NCBI GenBank assembly: GCA_964016885.1
Contig: OZ024746.1
Location: forward strand, 88,164,001 to 88,228,000
Reading direction: 5' to 3'
From: Eledone cirrhosa
Taxonomy: Eukaryota
Length of the DNA: 64,000 bases
A model generated the notes under the pieces. That model worked only from the letters and a program-made list of their open reading frames with translations. It did no database searches and was not told where the DNA came from. The translations under genes were made by a program, and so were the position numbers. Below are positions 14,538 through 30,250 of this stretch, one piece after another. Every line of letters starts with the position of its first letter. Position 1 is the first letter of the stretch.

Positions 14538-14545
14538 TATATATA
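14170..14545. repeat. (TA)n/(TATATATACA)n microsatellite
   Basis: Read directly. Confidence 0.95.
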
Positions 14546-15585
14546 TAATGTAAAATCCGTTGAGTTGCGACGGAGAGCTGGTATTAGCAATTTCAGAGTC
14601 CAACTGTTCGGATCTAGCTGTCGAAACGGCCTGAGCTCAGCCGTCGGGAAGCTGAACCGTTTCCTATTACCCTATGAAGTGTGGGAGGGGAGAGGGTGAT
14701 GGGAGTCCGAGTGAGGACGGCTGATGTCTTATTATATATATAACAGAGAAATGATCGCTCTACATGGCTGAATACAATAAATGCAAAATGAGTTTTTCGA
14801 ATATAAATAATAACATTTGATTCGTTTACAATTATGCAAACAAGCCTCAATTTTATAGCCATGTCAGTAGACTGAACCCTTCATTTTGCTCTTGTGTTTG
14901 CATGTGAACAGAACTGCAGACACCAATGTTTCTGTTATATATATATATTAGGAATAAAAGCTTTCACCGCATTCTTTTACTAAAATAATTTTAGCCATGT
15001 TAGTGGGGTTTAAAACCCTTCAAGAAATGGAAAAAAGATGAGTATTGACGTACATATAGGTGATGCAATGTCAGGTCATAGCGAAACATATCATTTTTTT
15101 ATGAAGATAATAGTTTTCCACTGCAGGAGTGTGGCCAGTGTTAGTGCGGTTACTAGTTCCAAAGTATTTCTGTAACATTTTCTCGCTGTCTTTAGAACGT
15201 ATGAGGGCAGACAAATCATTCATGTTATCAAATGTGATTTTATTGTCACTGTCATAGGATCTGAGACAGAAAACATTGAGTTCAAGTTTCTCCATCAATC
15301 AGTACAGTGGAGGTAGAAGCCTTATTATGTTAGCAGTTTGACACTACTGGATAGATAAAGCATTTACTGTTGTTGACGCATTCTTGAAACATAGAAAAGT
15401 CTTTGTTCTGACATATAAAGGCCAACTACAATAAAATAATTGGGATAATATTTCACAGTAAATATTTAACACAGTACCCATTGGAGAAATTGTATTTCGT
15501 ATCCACCACAGAAAATACACGGCGCCTGGTTACCTTAGGCGTTAAACCAACTCACACAGCACAGGAAAAACAATACCAATCGTAA

Positions 15586-15958
15586 TAATTATTTGTACTT
15601 TTGGCATAAGTCTAGCATTTATCCCAGTGCGTTATCGGTGCTTTATTTTATCGACTTCGTAAGGATGAAAGGCAAAGTTAACCTTGGCGGGATTTGAACT
15701 CAGAACGTAAAGGGCCATAACACTATGCTGCAAAGCATGGTGTTTGACGCTCAACCAACACTGCCAAACCGTAATAATTGTTTCTAATTTAGGCACAAGA
15801 TCAGCAATTACCCATGCATTACTGGTACTTTATTTTATATACCCTTCTGAGATGAAAGCAAAATTAACCACGGCGGGATTTGAACTCAGAATGGCAATGG
15901 CCGTAAATCTATGCGCCAAAGCATGACGTCCTACATTCTATAGATACTGCCAATCCAG
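15586..15958 (-). mobile_element. Two tandem SINE copies
   Basis: Two head-to-tail minus-strand copies at about 15586-15770 and 15772-15958. Confidence 0.8.
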
Positions 15959-17390
15959 CTGGAACATAGATAGTCAGAGATATGACATTAACAATATAAA
16001 TAATATGAGATATAACTCGACATTTTACAGTAATGACAGTATACGTAGACATATATACATGGAACCTCAACTTTCATCTACATTAAGTCGTATAGACGAA
16101 ACAATAAAAACTATAGATCTAGCGAGAATAACACCTGAGGGAAATCAGAAGCGTATACCATGGCAAAACGAAACGACATAATACCAAAGCTATCAATAAT
16201 AAAGCTGTAAACCACAGCTGCACCCTGAATGTACTAGACATATATTGATCACAATAGAGATATTTATCATAAGGTATACATTGCATTTCGTTGCCAAAAC
16301 ACAGGGTGTCTGAAACGTTGCAGAGTTTAACTGCTAAGTGAATAAATATATCTCTATATACACATATCTTTTTGAAATCTTAATATTAACCATTTCGTCA
16401 TTGAAAAGTAGATTTGGATGTTTTATTTTGCTGCTGTTTCTAGCATAATTTTAAGCCTATTCTATTGTCTTAATGTTTAAAAAGAGAGATATGTTCGCTT
16501 AGTAGTGAACACAATGTTTGGTATGCCGTGAGCCTTCGGCAATGAAATGGCCTGTGTATTGTATGATCAATATCTCATCTTATTCCAAAGAAAGCTCTCC
16601 TGAAGACAGATCAATGTTCTATCAACAATGTTTGTTCCTATAATTTGAAACAGCCAGTTTGTTGTTTCTTTAATCATCAAACCATGGTAGGGAGACAAAT
16701 ACATGAGTTAGACAAACAACTTTATTCGGCATGTCTAATACTTCCCTAAATGGAGACTTTGGCATAAGTTTAATATGTTAAAATACTTTACTGATATATG
16801 TATATATATTTATATATACATATGTTTCACTGATTAAGTTGTCCTAAAATTGTTGAACACTTGAATGTCCTTAAAAAATATACCTACAAACAAGGAATAT
16901 ACGCTCGGTATGATACAAAGAACTAATGATTTGTCCATACGATAAATGACATAATAATAAGGATAGAAATGATAGATCTACCAGTGAAGAATATGGGTTG
17001 AAATCCTGTAAAAAATCCACCGAACAACCAACAACTTGAACATGATAATCCAGCGAACAACCCACAATTCATCCCTCTCTTATATTCATTTGTATTACAC
17101 GGCTCGGAAAGATTCCCTTCTTTGAACTATTTAATTGTAAAAGACTATTTTGAATTTATAACTCAATATATGATATTCTCGGCTCCATACGAAGTGCTAA
17201 CTTTAGTCCCATAAAACCGGCTGCTATTTCTAGCGGCACGAGTATGAGAAGTGTTTGGCGCTGTGACATGGGCGTCCAACACCACATAGTTCTCAGACTT
17301 CTTAAGACTTTGAAATGAAAGGTACGCATTTCCTGGATACCCGCAGAAGAGCTCATGTATACTTTTATCGGTGTTCATCCCTCACATATA

Positions 17391-17393
<3 letters not shown>

Positions 17394-17478
<85 letters not shown>

Positions 17479-17492
17479 ATATATATATATAT

Positions 17493-17529
<37 letters not shown>

Positions 17530-17565
17530 TATATATATATATAAAATATATATATATATATATAT

Positions 17566-17620
<55 letters not shown>
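17394..17620. repeat. (TA)n microsatellite
   Basis: Read directly. Confidence 0.95.
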
Positions 17621-17622
<2 letters not shown>

Positions 17623-17777
17623 ACAAGCCCTAGCCCTGTTGCGTTAGACACATGTTCTTGTAAGAAAATGATCATTGATTTTAAATCAGTGATATCATTT
17701 ATGGAGAAAAACTCTGTATTTCAATATAACTCAATTTAAAATGTAATGCATGACAAATTGGAAACCATTATTTTTTG

Positions 17778-17955
17778 TTGGCAGTATCGGTAGAGGGTTG
17801 GATTATGCTTTCCAGCATAGTTACGTTCCTTTACGATCTGAGTTCAATTCCCGCCGAGGTTACCTTTGCCTTTCATCCTTACGGGGTCGATAAAATAAAG
17901 CACCAGTAATGTACTGGGATAATTGCTGTCCTTGTGCCAAAAAGTAGAAACAATT
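17778..17955 (+). mobile_element. tRNA-derived SINE copy
   Basis: Same family as the 8225 copy. Confidence 0.85.
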
Positions 17956-19655
17956 ATTTTTTGTAATATATCAAATGAAGCTTACATTATTAAATCTTAT
18001 CCTTATTTTGTTGTAAATAATTATTTTCAAAATATCAATTCAACTCTTTGGTGAATAGGCATGCTATCTTGTCCTTTACCTATGGTTTAAATTTCATAAA
18101 ATCGAAAGGAAAACATTTCAGCGGGACTTTGTGCCCCCCCCCCCCCCCCCCGGGAAGCCTCATATCAGAAATATACTTATCCCTATTCCCTGGACAATGT
18201 AGTTTCAGAATATATATGGTTATGGGGGGGGGGGGGTCCATCTCCAAAGCCATAGGAGTATTTCGTGAACAAAAAACAGAGAAGAATACAACATTATATA
18301 TGTAAATATCTATAAGTCGTTTGGAAGCCTCGACAATGCAAATGGGTAACTCTCCGAGTAACAAGGTCCGGTGGTGGAGAGAGAGATGTAAGTGGGTGTA
18401 CGTTGAGATGCGTGGTGTTTATAAGATGTGTGAGATGTGTAGAATGAAGGGGAGAGTAAAAGGATAACAATAATAAGAACAACACAAGAGAGAGTTACCT
18501 TGGGAGAGATTTAAAAGTCCCTATATATTTCGGATTCACATCCATCAACTGGGTTTTTTTCCGGGGTGGGCGAAAAGGTTGTCTGTCGGACAAGTCCGGA
18601 AGGCCTCTTTCGCTGTTTGCATTATATATATATATAGATATATGTATAACATGTCTCATTCCAATGTTGAAATCATCTCTCATATATGTTCAAATATATC
18701 TTAAACAATAACGTAACATAAAAAAAGACCTACTTCTTTTATGGCCATGTTCCGCTTTTGAATGGAGTAAACAAAATATAGAGATATTATTTACTTTCAT
18801 CTCTATAATTAATTAGAAACGATTGTGTATTTGGAATCTGCGCTCCAAACAACTCAATAATTGCTTTCATTTTCAAAGGGTTTATCGTATTTTGCTTAGT
18901 GTATTGGAGGCGGTGAATATATATTCACGGAGAGAACTCAGTGATAAAGTTCACTCGTGTAACATTAAGTTATGCGTACAACCACATACGTTACAAAGGG
19001 GTTTTATCTGTCATTTACTTTCGATCATATAAAATATTTCACAGTCACGCTGTATCCTGAACCAACTGAATTATATACTTCTCTGAGATCACATCACGGA
19101 TTTATAAGATCACATGAGGAACCAAACTCAACAATTGGAAGTAAATGCACTCAATAGCAAGATAATTACAACAATAAATCAATTCTGACTCCTGACGAAA
19201 TCCTAATACACTGCAATACTCAGAACTGTATTCGGGAATTAATATAAGGCCTTGCTGATAAACTTGCATTCAAGTGACTTATGTTAATCTTGATTTTACC
19301 TAGGGCAGCATAATCTGTACCCACAGCTAATAAATTTGATTACTGCATTCTACGGACTTCTATTTAGCTATTTTCAAGTGGTTTAAGTCGCATTATTTCC
19401 GTAATCAAAGCTAGGAAAGTAAAATTGCTTCCTCACGAAGCCTATAATATACATTCAATTATGCCAGGTTCTTTGTCTCTAGTATGTCTTTGTTCTTTCC
19501 CGGGTTTTATGTCGAGCTGATAAAAGTAGGTTCGTACGCAGTTATACCTGTCTATACGGAAATGTCTTTGAGAAATAGAATATTGCTCACAAAATCGTTA
19601 TACATCTGTACATACAGTAGATAATACACACGCACACACACACCCAGAGACACAC

Positions 19656-19707
<52 letters not shown>

Positions 19708-20308
19708 TTATATATATATATGTTTATATATTTTTATATGCATGTGTGTGCGTAAGAGAGTGGTGATGTTTATTTGTCATTGTTTGCGTATGCGTGTGTA
19801 CGTTGTCTGTAATGTAATCGTTCTCACATTTTGTTCAACCTCGCTAGACAATATTGAATTATTAAACACATATTATTAAACATATATAGAAATGAAATGA
19901 AATGTTTCCTACTTCTAGTTTCTGAAAGTTTTACAGAGTTTATGTGATAATTCGAGAATTAAACAATTTAATTTAAAATATGTTCAATGTTGAATTCTTC
20001 AAAATTCTATTATTGCATAACTTATAATTATATGAGTGTAGTGATACGAAATAACAAGTGGTATATTATGCTTTCATTCTATATTCTAAAGGAATTAACC
20101 GACTGATGGATTTATTCTTTTATTGAAAACAACTATATAACTTGATTTATTATGTTAAACATAACTGTTTGTATTTAACTTATAGCTACATAACTTGTTT
20201 TATTGTAAGATTTAATCTTTAAAAAGGGCAACTCAGTTCAATAGAATTAGTTTACCGTACACCACGAAATAAAATGCATAATAAAATATAGTACGAAAAT
20301 GTTTATAG

Positions 20309-20640
<332 letters not shown>

Positions 20641-21299
20641 GGGCGGGGTCTGTATATAGAAATGTCACATGGTGAACATTTTTGCAAGTTAAGTCTTCTG
20701 CGTATGTGTATGAATAAAACATTTCTTTTACTATCCGTTGTTTAGTGGGTGAAAGCAGATCAGTTAAGCTCGTAAGATATTCTAATTCAGCTTTTTTAGG
20801 GAAATACGTTTGATGTCAGAAATGCAGAACATATTGGTTAAGAGGAAACATAATGCAAAAATTATTTAATGAGAGATTAAGCGGATTATCATAATCCGAA
20901 CCGGCATGTACATTGGGAAGAAGCAATACCATAGTTGTAATAGTAAAGTATGTAGTTAGGTATAAAAACCACCCCATAAAGACGATGTGGTTTGATTTAC
21001 AATTGTTTTCGATTTGAATATTTTTCTAAATCATTTGTCTTTATTTGCAATACGATTTTATCTAGGCACGAGGTATATTAATGGAGCCACACATCCATAT
21101 TTTTCTGGCACAATTGTTGTCCTTCGTGATAATACTTTGGTATTCAGTGATCCCGTTGCCTAGAAAGGAAATTAATGGAATATTTGAGTGTATATCAATG
21201 GTAATGAATGTAGTTTGAAGTAATGACTAATATTCCAGAGCCCCTCCCCCGTCCGTCATGCTCCTCTGTCCAGGAACACTTTGACTCCCTCTAATAGTT

Positions 21300-22430
21300 G
21301 CCACAATTGATACTTTCTACTCTACCCCTCCCTTTATATTCTATATCCCAATATTTGGTGCACATCCGACATCTTGTTTTGTAGTTAGCATCCGGTTGAA
21401 ACTTACAGGGACTCATTTGTCTTCCATATGTCTATGTACCAATATCACAGTCACTGATCCTCCTAACTGACACCTAGAACACTATTGATATACAGTTCCT
21501 TTCTAGTGCCATTACTTCTGAGTTTGTTTCCCTTGATTAGTCGTATAAATTGACGTAATCTGCTGCTTGTTCCTAGAGTCTTTCAGCGTCGTCAGAGTCT
21601 AGTTCTCTAGTACACATACATCAGGATATGTTGCGGTCTTATATATGGCTACCTTGGCCTCTGGGAAAACGTATTGCACTTTCCGTAAAATGCATCGCAT
21701 GCCTGAACTGCTGATATATATACTGATTCTGTCATATATGGTTAGTTCCGTCTCTGCTCTACTATCACATTTTGCACCGAGCTATTTGACGTTTTTCATC
21801 TACTAAAGAGGTGGCCCGTAACATGATATTTGGACACGTGCGGTACGCGTGGTGTCAATATTATCTCCGTCTACAGATTGAGGACATAATCTGTCAAGAT
21901 TGTTCAACGAATATTGTTTCGAGTCTCTTCTTTCTTTCAGAGATAAGCCCCACAATGTTATCATATCCAGCTGTATCTCTCGGAGCGTTGTCAGCAAGGT
22001 GATCAATTATAGTGGAGATAGTACACCCCACTGTAGTGAATGCAGCTCACATATCGGGCTTGTAGTTGGACTGTATTCTTGCTGCATCTTTATATCCCTT
22101 AGATAGCAAGACGCAGGTGTATCAGAATGATGTCTTCTGCTCTAACATTGATGCCTACAGCTTCTTATTAGGGACTCGGTCAAAAAGCTGATTTGAGATC
22201 AAAAATGCCAGGCAGGTATGTTTGTGTTGTACTCCATGTTCATCTCAAGTAAGGTCAAATGTTTGGTTTGCAGTACATCTCTTACATCTGAATTCCTGCT
22301 ACCACTCCCCAAGTTTCTCTTCCAATACACATCTGAAACGTTTTTCCAGGATTCTCTCATAGATTATATCAAATTGTGGCAGCAATGAATTCCTTCCGCT
22401 CGTTCTGTTTTGGTCTGTTTCTAGCAGATA
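21300..22430 (-). mobile_element. Highly degenerate RTE-like LINE RT remnant
   Basis: Minus-strand RT remnants RILEKRFRCVLE, AF.DLKSAFDRVP and GVLSPL, with many stops and frameshifts. Confidence 0.6.
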
Positions 22431-24729
22431 ATAGCCTTAACTCAGTACTCTGTAATTGAACCCTCAGTTCAGTCCTGTTTGACGAAGCACATCGTCTACT
22501 GCAGGAGGACATCCACATCGTACTTGTATATCACCAATTCCTGTAGATATTTTGTTATGATCTAGATCTTTACCTTGTTTATGGGCCACCGGAGTATTGA
22601 AGAGCACATTTTACCACGATGAAATTTGAATTCAGCGCTAAAGTAACACATCTCGCTATGTTCCGACTCATCTACCAATTCGCCCCATATTATGAACCAG
22701 ATATTATTACATTACGTTATAAATTATTAGACATAATGTTACGTTTTTTAGTACTAGTTTAATTACATTTCGTAGAGACGTTAAATAAGATGTCATTGTT
22801 GATCAAGCATGATTGACATTGTTATATATAAACGTAAAGGATACTTTTGATATTTAATACATTGAATGCAATATAATATAAAAATAATTTTGCTGTATGC
22901 CTGACGGTATCCAATCACCATATCGTAATCATATTTCCTCTTATTTCCCATGTATTGTTTTTGATATTATTATAGCTGAATTTCAAGTATATTCAATAAA
23001 GCAGTTGCTTTGCTATTAGAATATCAAAAGATTTCTTTGCTTACTCCCTTTTCTTGTCTATTCTATATCTTTGTTTTCCTTTTACATTGAATCCAATTAG
23101 AGACTGTAAAACAAACATTACAATTTACAAAACAATGTGCAACAATACGATTCATCTATGTTGAATGATAACAAAACAGAAAAGAATAATTTTCTGCAGA
23201 TTGCATGTTGATGCTCTAATGTAATGCTTTAGAAGTGGTAAGATTAAAAAGAAATTTGAGACGTTCATGTTAATATGTATATACCTAAAATGAGTTATAT
23301 TTGAAATTATTCACTGAAGTATACTCAGTGAAGTATACATTTTACCACCATAGCTATTAATTATTTAGTGGTTGGAACAAGTATAAGATTATAAATTTCG
23401 CAATATTCTGTACAGTACAGATGTCTTGAGTCTTGAGCATGTATATATGTACATACTAGGTAATTAGAAAGTCGCACATTTAGCTTATTTTCTATCGTCA
23501 GAAAATACTACAGCTCTACTGATACACTTCAATACGATGATCATGGTTGCAACTCCATTTCGATTAATACAATCGCTTGATACTTAAACATGAGCATCAC
23601 GGGCGTGGCTTTTTAGTCCTGCTATGGACTTGCCTAACGCTAGCAATACCATGCCTGATAAAATATGTCACATATAAGCGATATCTGTGCTTTAAGCCTT
23701 TTTAAGTGAGGACAGGTTTTATACGGGGCTAATCCCACTCTCTGAACATTCAATGCATTTAACCAACAAGAACAACTGGTCTACGCCATTGAATGCAACA
23801 GAAGTCCTAGGTTTTACATGAGAGTGACCTTGTCCTACAAATATGTCTTCTTAATGAAGACTAGGAGTCTGTCACTATAAGAAGCACCGGAAACAACTTT
23901 AGTGGATGGCCTTTGACTCTCATGGGTTCCTCCGCCCTTTGGTGGGCATTGTATTTCCTCCCGCAAGAGGTGCAAAACGACCCTCCTCACCAAACAAGCC
24001 TGGTGGGTTTGCCGGGGTGGTCATCGATCACCAGATCTTGCAAAGGTTGTAGTAAATTATATGCTACAAGCAGCACTGAAGAGTGACCTGAGAAGTCAAT
24101 TCAATATGCATACATACATGCATATGTACATAGATAGACACATACATACATTCATACATACATATATGTATATGTGTGTGTGGGCTGTGTGTGTGTGTGT
24201 GAGGGGGGGGTGTATATGTGTGTGTATTTGTGAATATATCTACTCATGTATATATACTGCAAAATATAACAGTAAAAATTAAACAAACTACAACAAATTG
24301 TATATAAATTGTATAGATATATCTGCAAGAAGATGTTTCACCAACAGCCCAATCGCCATGTAAAGCTATATTGCTCCATTTTCCTAAGTGTTGCCTTTAG
24401 TGATAGATAACTGACTGCTACGCACCATTTCCTTATTAAGTAGAAAATCAAAGAAGGAATTTATGTAAATATTCACACTCTATTTGCCGATGTTAAATTG
24501 CGACCATTTATCAAACTTTAACAAAATATATCCTTTAGGGATATACTTTGATTTATTACTTGAAACGGAAGTCAAATTGTACTTTCAGCATTCCGACACA
24601 TTTATCTTCATCTGGTATGTATCGTTAGAAATGTTTATTCAGAGTTAAACATATCAGGAAATGCACTTAAGTTTCTGTGCAAAAACATTATTCAAAGATT
24701 ACGTGTAATAAAATCAATGATGGACATAT

Positions 24730-25120
<391 letters not shown>

Positions 25121-25395
25121 TGTAGCGAAAATGAGAGTGGCGGGGATCGTGATATGCCTAGATGCATCAATTGAAACCTAAATAAATAAACGCATATGCA
25201 ATTAAATCGCTGTTTGTTTTATCGGATTTTATCGGCAATTATTTCATTACTAGACATATATCTATTCAGTTGACATATGAATGCAGGTGTCATCAAACAA
25301 ATTACCAGGGACATCATAACATAAAGGTACAAATGCGTGTGTATTTGTGTGTATGTCGGATTCTACGTGAGGTTGTGTGTGTGTGTGTGTGTGTG

Positions 25396-25427
<32 letters not shown>

Positions 25428-26856
25428 TATATTATAAGAACAGATTTCATATATATATATATAATTTTTGTCGAGCCCTCTTCGGATTTTAGACTTTACA
25501 TTTATTATTACTATATATATGTGTGTGATGGGAGGCGTGCATGTGTGTGCGTGTATGTGTCAGTGTGTGCGTATGTGTATATATTTGCTTATGCAATATT
25601 GGGGTAATATGTTACCACAATATAGACGAGTGGGCTTGCCATGTCTAACATCAAAACGGTGCTTGATAATTTTTGCTACATTTGGTGAAAAGCTAGCATA
25701 CGACACCTAATAATGTTCTCTATTCTTCAAAGAAGTTATGGAACCACACGTTTTCTGCATTATTATTTTTATGTGTAATTATTCTATTATTCCGCTCAAT
25801 AAGCGTGAAATTAAAATCATAACGAAAAATATTGTATGTTGATATCTAATCACAGCTTATCACATATAAATCTATTTTAATATATTTTGACATGAATATT
25901 AATGAGAATTAGTAATACAGAAACGTAAAAGTACATTCTTACGTAAATAAATTGCTGTCATTCGTTTCACAACTTTTTTCAATTTGTTTCTTATGTTTTT
26001 GTTTTCTTTTTTTATATAGCACAACATTATTGAAGTGCCATAAGTCAAATGTTTCTATCATTTTCCATTAGACCGGACAGATAGTTTTATTCTCAGCAAC
26101 CATTTGTTCAATTTTGACGCTTCGTTGCAGAAGCAACATTATATCAAATATATATAATGGAACATACATAAAGGTCTATATATTTGCCGTATTTCTAATA
26201 TAATGTCATACTTTAATTTGCTGTCCTAATTGTTTTTCTCCTAATTCATTAAACCATAGAGTTGTCATTAAATTGACATCCTTCGAGGACAGGATATCTC
26301 ACTGTTAATGTGTGGTGCCCTGATTCATAACGTAGTGAGACAGATTCCTTCTCCAGTACACTTAAGGAAAATTCGGCATTTCATATTGCTTATGACAGAC
26401 GTTTAAATAGGTTGAAGATAAATACCTAGTGAATTAAACAATACTTGCCTTGTTGAACACTACTCCCATCTCCATCACCATGCCTACTTCAGAAACAGCA
26501 TATATGTAAGGATAGATTTTGGAAGAAAATGATCATATATTCTAACTTCCGAAATAATAAGGGAACATATGTTTTTAATATCAGATATGATTTACTTAAC
26601 AAACGAAACCGATACTATTTGACAAACATACAATCCAGTACTGCTACAACTATAAAAATATACTTATACTTTCGGATTAAAGTAAACACTGTCTTTAAAC
26701 ATACACTTTTGGCTTTTCACTTTCTCTTATATATATATGGATATTTACGCCCTCATTCAACAGTATATATATGTAGATGAAGATAGAAGTTTTGTTAATT
26801 GGATGTACGTAACGAAAGGGAAGAAACAACTTACGAGTTAGTTGTCATCAACGTAC

Positions 26857-26936
26857 GAGGAGGAGGAGGAGGAGGATGATGATGATGATGAGGAGGAGGA
26901 GGAGGAGGAGGAGGAGGAGGAGGAGAATAAGAAGAA

Positions 26937-26967
<31 letters not shown>

Positions 26968-27012
26968 AAGAAGAAGAAGAAGAAGAAGAAGAAGAAGAAG
27001 AAGAAGAAGAAG
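26857..27012. repeat. (GAG)n/(GAT)n/(GAA)n purine-rich trinucleotide array
   Basis: Read directly. Confidence 0.95.
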
Positions 27013-27079
27013 ATAGAGTGACTATATGATGAAGAACTGGCAAACACATTTATATCTAGGTAAAGATTGTATATATATA

Positions 27080-30000
27080 AATATGTTGTTATACATGAGG
27101 AGGATCATATTTGTAATACTATTGCCAGAAATAAAAACAGAACACAATCACTGTTTGGATGGTTTTCGCTTCTGCGTCTTTTATATCTCCATGATTAATT
27201 CATTTGGCCATCAATGTGTATCCGAGACTGACCAACGGTCATAAATACAGATATAAATATATATATAGTCTTTCGTTGCATATCTGTAACGTCATCAGTG
27301 GTACTATTATCATGTTTCCTCCTATTGTATTGTTTTTGTTTTGTAATGTATACGCCATTTTTATTTTATCTGTTTATTTATTTATTTATTTGTGTATCAG
27401 TCTCTGCGCATGCGTTTGCGTGTGTGAACAGGGTTTGGTGTGTGATCGCGTTTGGGTGTATGTGTTCCGGTTTTTGTATTCTATCTTTGTTTGTTAGTGT
27501 GTTTTTATATGTGTTTGTTGTTATTGTGTTTGCGTATATATTTATTTATTTGTTTATTTATATTTCTCTTCTGTCAGTATTGCTTGTTTGGTTATGAATG
27601 TTGTTGTTATTCAATTCATTTTTTCTGCTTAACTTTGGCTTTCTAAGCTCTATTTCGCTCGCTTCTCTGATTTGCCTACCGGTTGGGTCATTTCTATGTT
27701 TAGATATTATTTTAATTTCTATGTTGTCTATGTTACCGTCATGTTGTTATCTGGCGTGTTCGTATAGTACTGAAACATTTCTTTGATCTTTTAATTCCCC
27801 CCAGTAATGGTCTATTATTTATCCTATGCTTCGAGCAGTCTTACCTATATATGTCGTAGTCATGTTTCTACAAGTACCCTCTGTCCACTTATGCTATAGA
27901 CTACAATTCTAGTTTTACAGGTTATCTGGGTGTTTACTTTATATATAACGCATTTCTTATTAATATAGTTGGTTTTCTTAAAAGGGTATGTTTTGCTGAA
28001 CAGGGATTTTATGGTAGTTCCTGGCTTTTCTACCACTTTAATATTTAAGGGATTCTTTCTTACGGCCTTACTACATTGGTTAGCTAATTTCCCCCAGGGG
28101 TAACATCCACGAACATGACTCACTAGTATCTCTGGTTGTCGTATCGTGCGGTGGCTTTCCCTATATTATGTTTAGTCCTATCTAAGCTATTCCCTGATTT
28201 GCTCCTGTATAATAGGCAACTTCCTTTCATATCTAGTTATATGAGGGTCTTAGACTTCTCTGTGGCTTCTTTGTATACTCTGATTATGTCTCTTTTGTTG
28301 TAACCAGAGAACTGCATGCGGTTGAGGAAGTGTTGGGTGTGGCTTTCGATTTCTGTTGGGTCGCACATGCTGGACACGTTTTAAATCACTCGTACCAAGT
28401 CTGCGATCAGAATATTAAAAATAGAATTACTGGACATTGCTGAGTTTTTGTGTATCAGGTATTTGGAGGCCATGGGTTTAGCATAGTGTGAATGGAGAAT
28501 GTTGGCCCTCTCGTCTATATTGTTAATCCAGATTTCCGTGTCTAATACAGGTAGTCTATTGTTAGGGTGTTTGGAAAGGTAGTCAACAGTTACAGTTATA
28601 CTCTGGTGTATGGAGAAAGCTATCTGCTGGATGCTTTCCATTGTGCTATATTCTACATAATGTTCGTTAATACTCTCTTGTGGGGGTGTCCTTATTACTA
28701 TATTAATATCGTCTGCAGAACGAGAGTACATGATGAGGTTTCCGGAGCTGTTTCAAAGAGATTTTTGAGACTCCTTTTCCACCATACCATAAATAGATTG
28801 GCAACATTCTCAGTTATGCTGACGCCAATGGCTGCTCCCTCATTTTTGGTGTAGATCTGTTCATGTAATTTGAATATATGACCCTTTAAGGTAGTTTTAA
28901 TACTAGACCCTATTGCATGCGCGGCCATTTTCCTAACCTGATCATTGTTTTTGTGTGTCCGTAAGGGTTTGTTCCACCCATTCCACCTTCCCATGGGATA
29001 CATTTTGCCATTGAGGTTCTGTTCGGGTCTACCTCTTATCGGTCTACTAGAGCGGAAATGGCTAGGGTAATGGCCCTGTTTGTATTCGGTGTCATAGGTA
29101 ATCTAAGTAGGAGGCCCAGTTCATCTGTGTCGACGTAGTAGAACTCCACCTCACTCTCAGTGATTATTTCCACACATTTTTCCACAGCAAAATCAATGTA
29201 AATGGATGGGTATAGTGATACCACGTCCATACATCCTATTATGCAGATATATAGGTTTAGGTTTTTGTTACACTCATTGATTCTGCCGATGAGGTCCTCT
29301 GTACTGTCACATACATCTGGGAATATCTTATTTATGGGGCGTATAACCATCGAGAGGAGGTAGGAGATCATGTAATTGGTAGTAATATAGGCTCCGCATA
29401 CAGGTCTTGTTGGTGGTCCTGTCGTCGGGTCGTCGGTTGTCTTATGATCTTTGCGGAGCCCATATATGTTTGGTATGTCATTGTTAGACGCTTGGAAGTT
29501 GTTGGCAGTACGTCTTCTTGGTTTAGGATGTCGGTCCACATCATCATGTGAGCGTTGAGGATCTTCTCTCTCCCCTCGTATGTTTGTTGTGTAGTTTCGC
29601 TCGTGTTGGTGATGTGGGGTTGCATAGCCTTGATATAGTTCGTCATGATGTCTATCGACATCCTACCAGATTTACATGTGGGTAGACACATTACCTTACC
29701 ATCGCTTGCGCGCTGCTTGAGGCTAACTAGGCCTTCGACAGGTTTCCTTCCAAGTTGCTGGATTTCTGCTCTGCTTTTTCTCTCAGTATATCGGTCTACT
29801 AATTGTTTAAGTTCATTTCATGCTATGGTAAACAGTTCTCCTGTTTCGTTATCTATTTATGGTGGTATAGAAACTGTTATATTAAAAGGTAACTTAGTGG
29901 GAATTTTACTCATCTTATGTTTTGTCAGGTGGGTTGAAGAATAGTTTCTCTAAGGGGTTGTCATTATATCTATCGTCATAATTGTGTGTGTGTTGCTATT

Positions 30001-30217
30001 AATGGTTGTCATTATATCTATCGTCATAGTTGTGTGTGTTGCTATTATTGTTGTTATGGTTGTTGTTGTTTCTACAATTAGCATTATTATTATTGTATTA
30101 GATTCGTTGTTGTTGATCACTCTATTGTTATTGTTGTTGTAACTGGTATTTCTACCATTTTGGCTGTTACCTTTATTATGTTTATTGTTGTGTTGTTGTT
30201 GTTGCTGTTGCTGTTGT

Positions 30218-30250
<33 letters not shown>

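Noticed and set aside
15071-15298. 75-aa ORF in unique-looking sequence
   Set aside because: No recognisable motif or clear splice signals.
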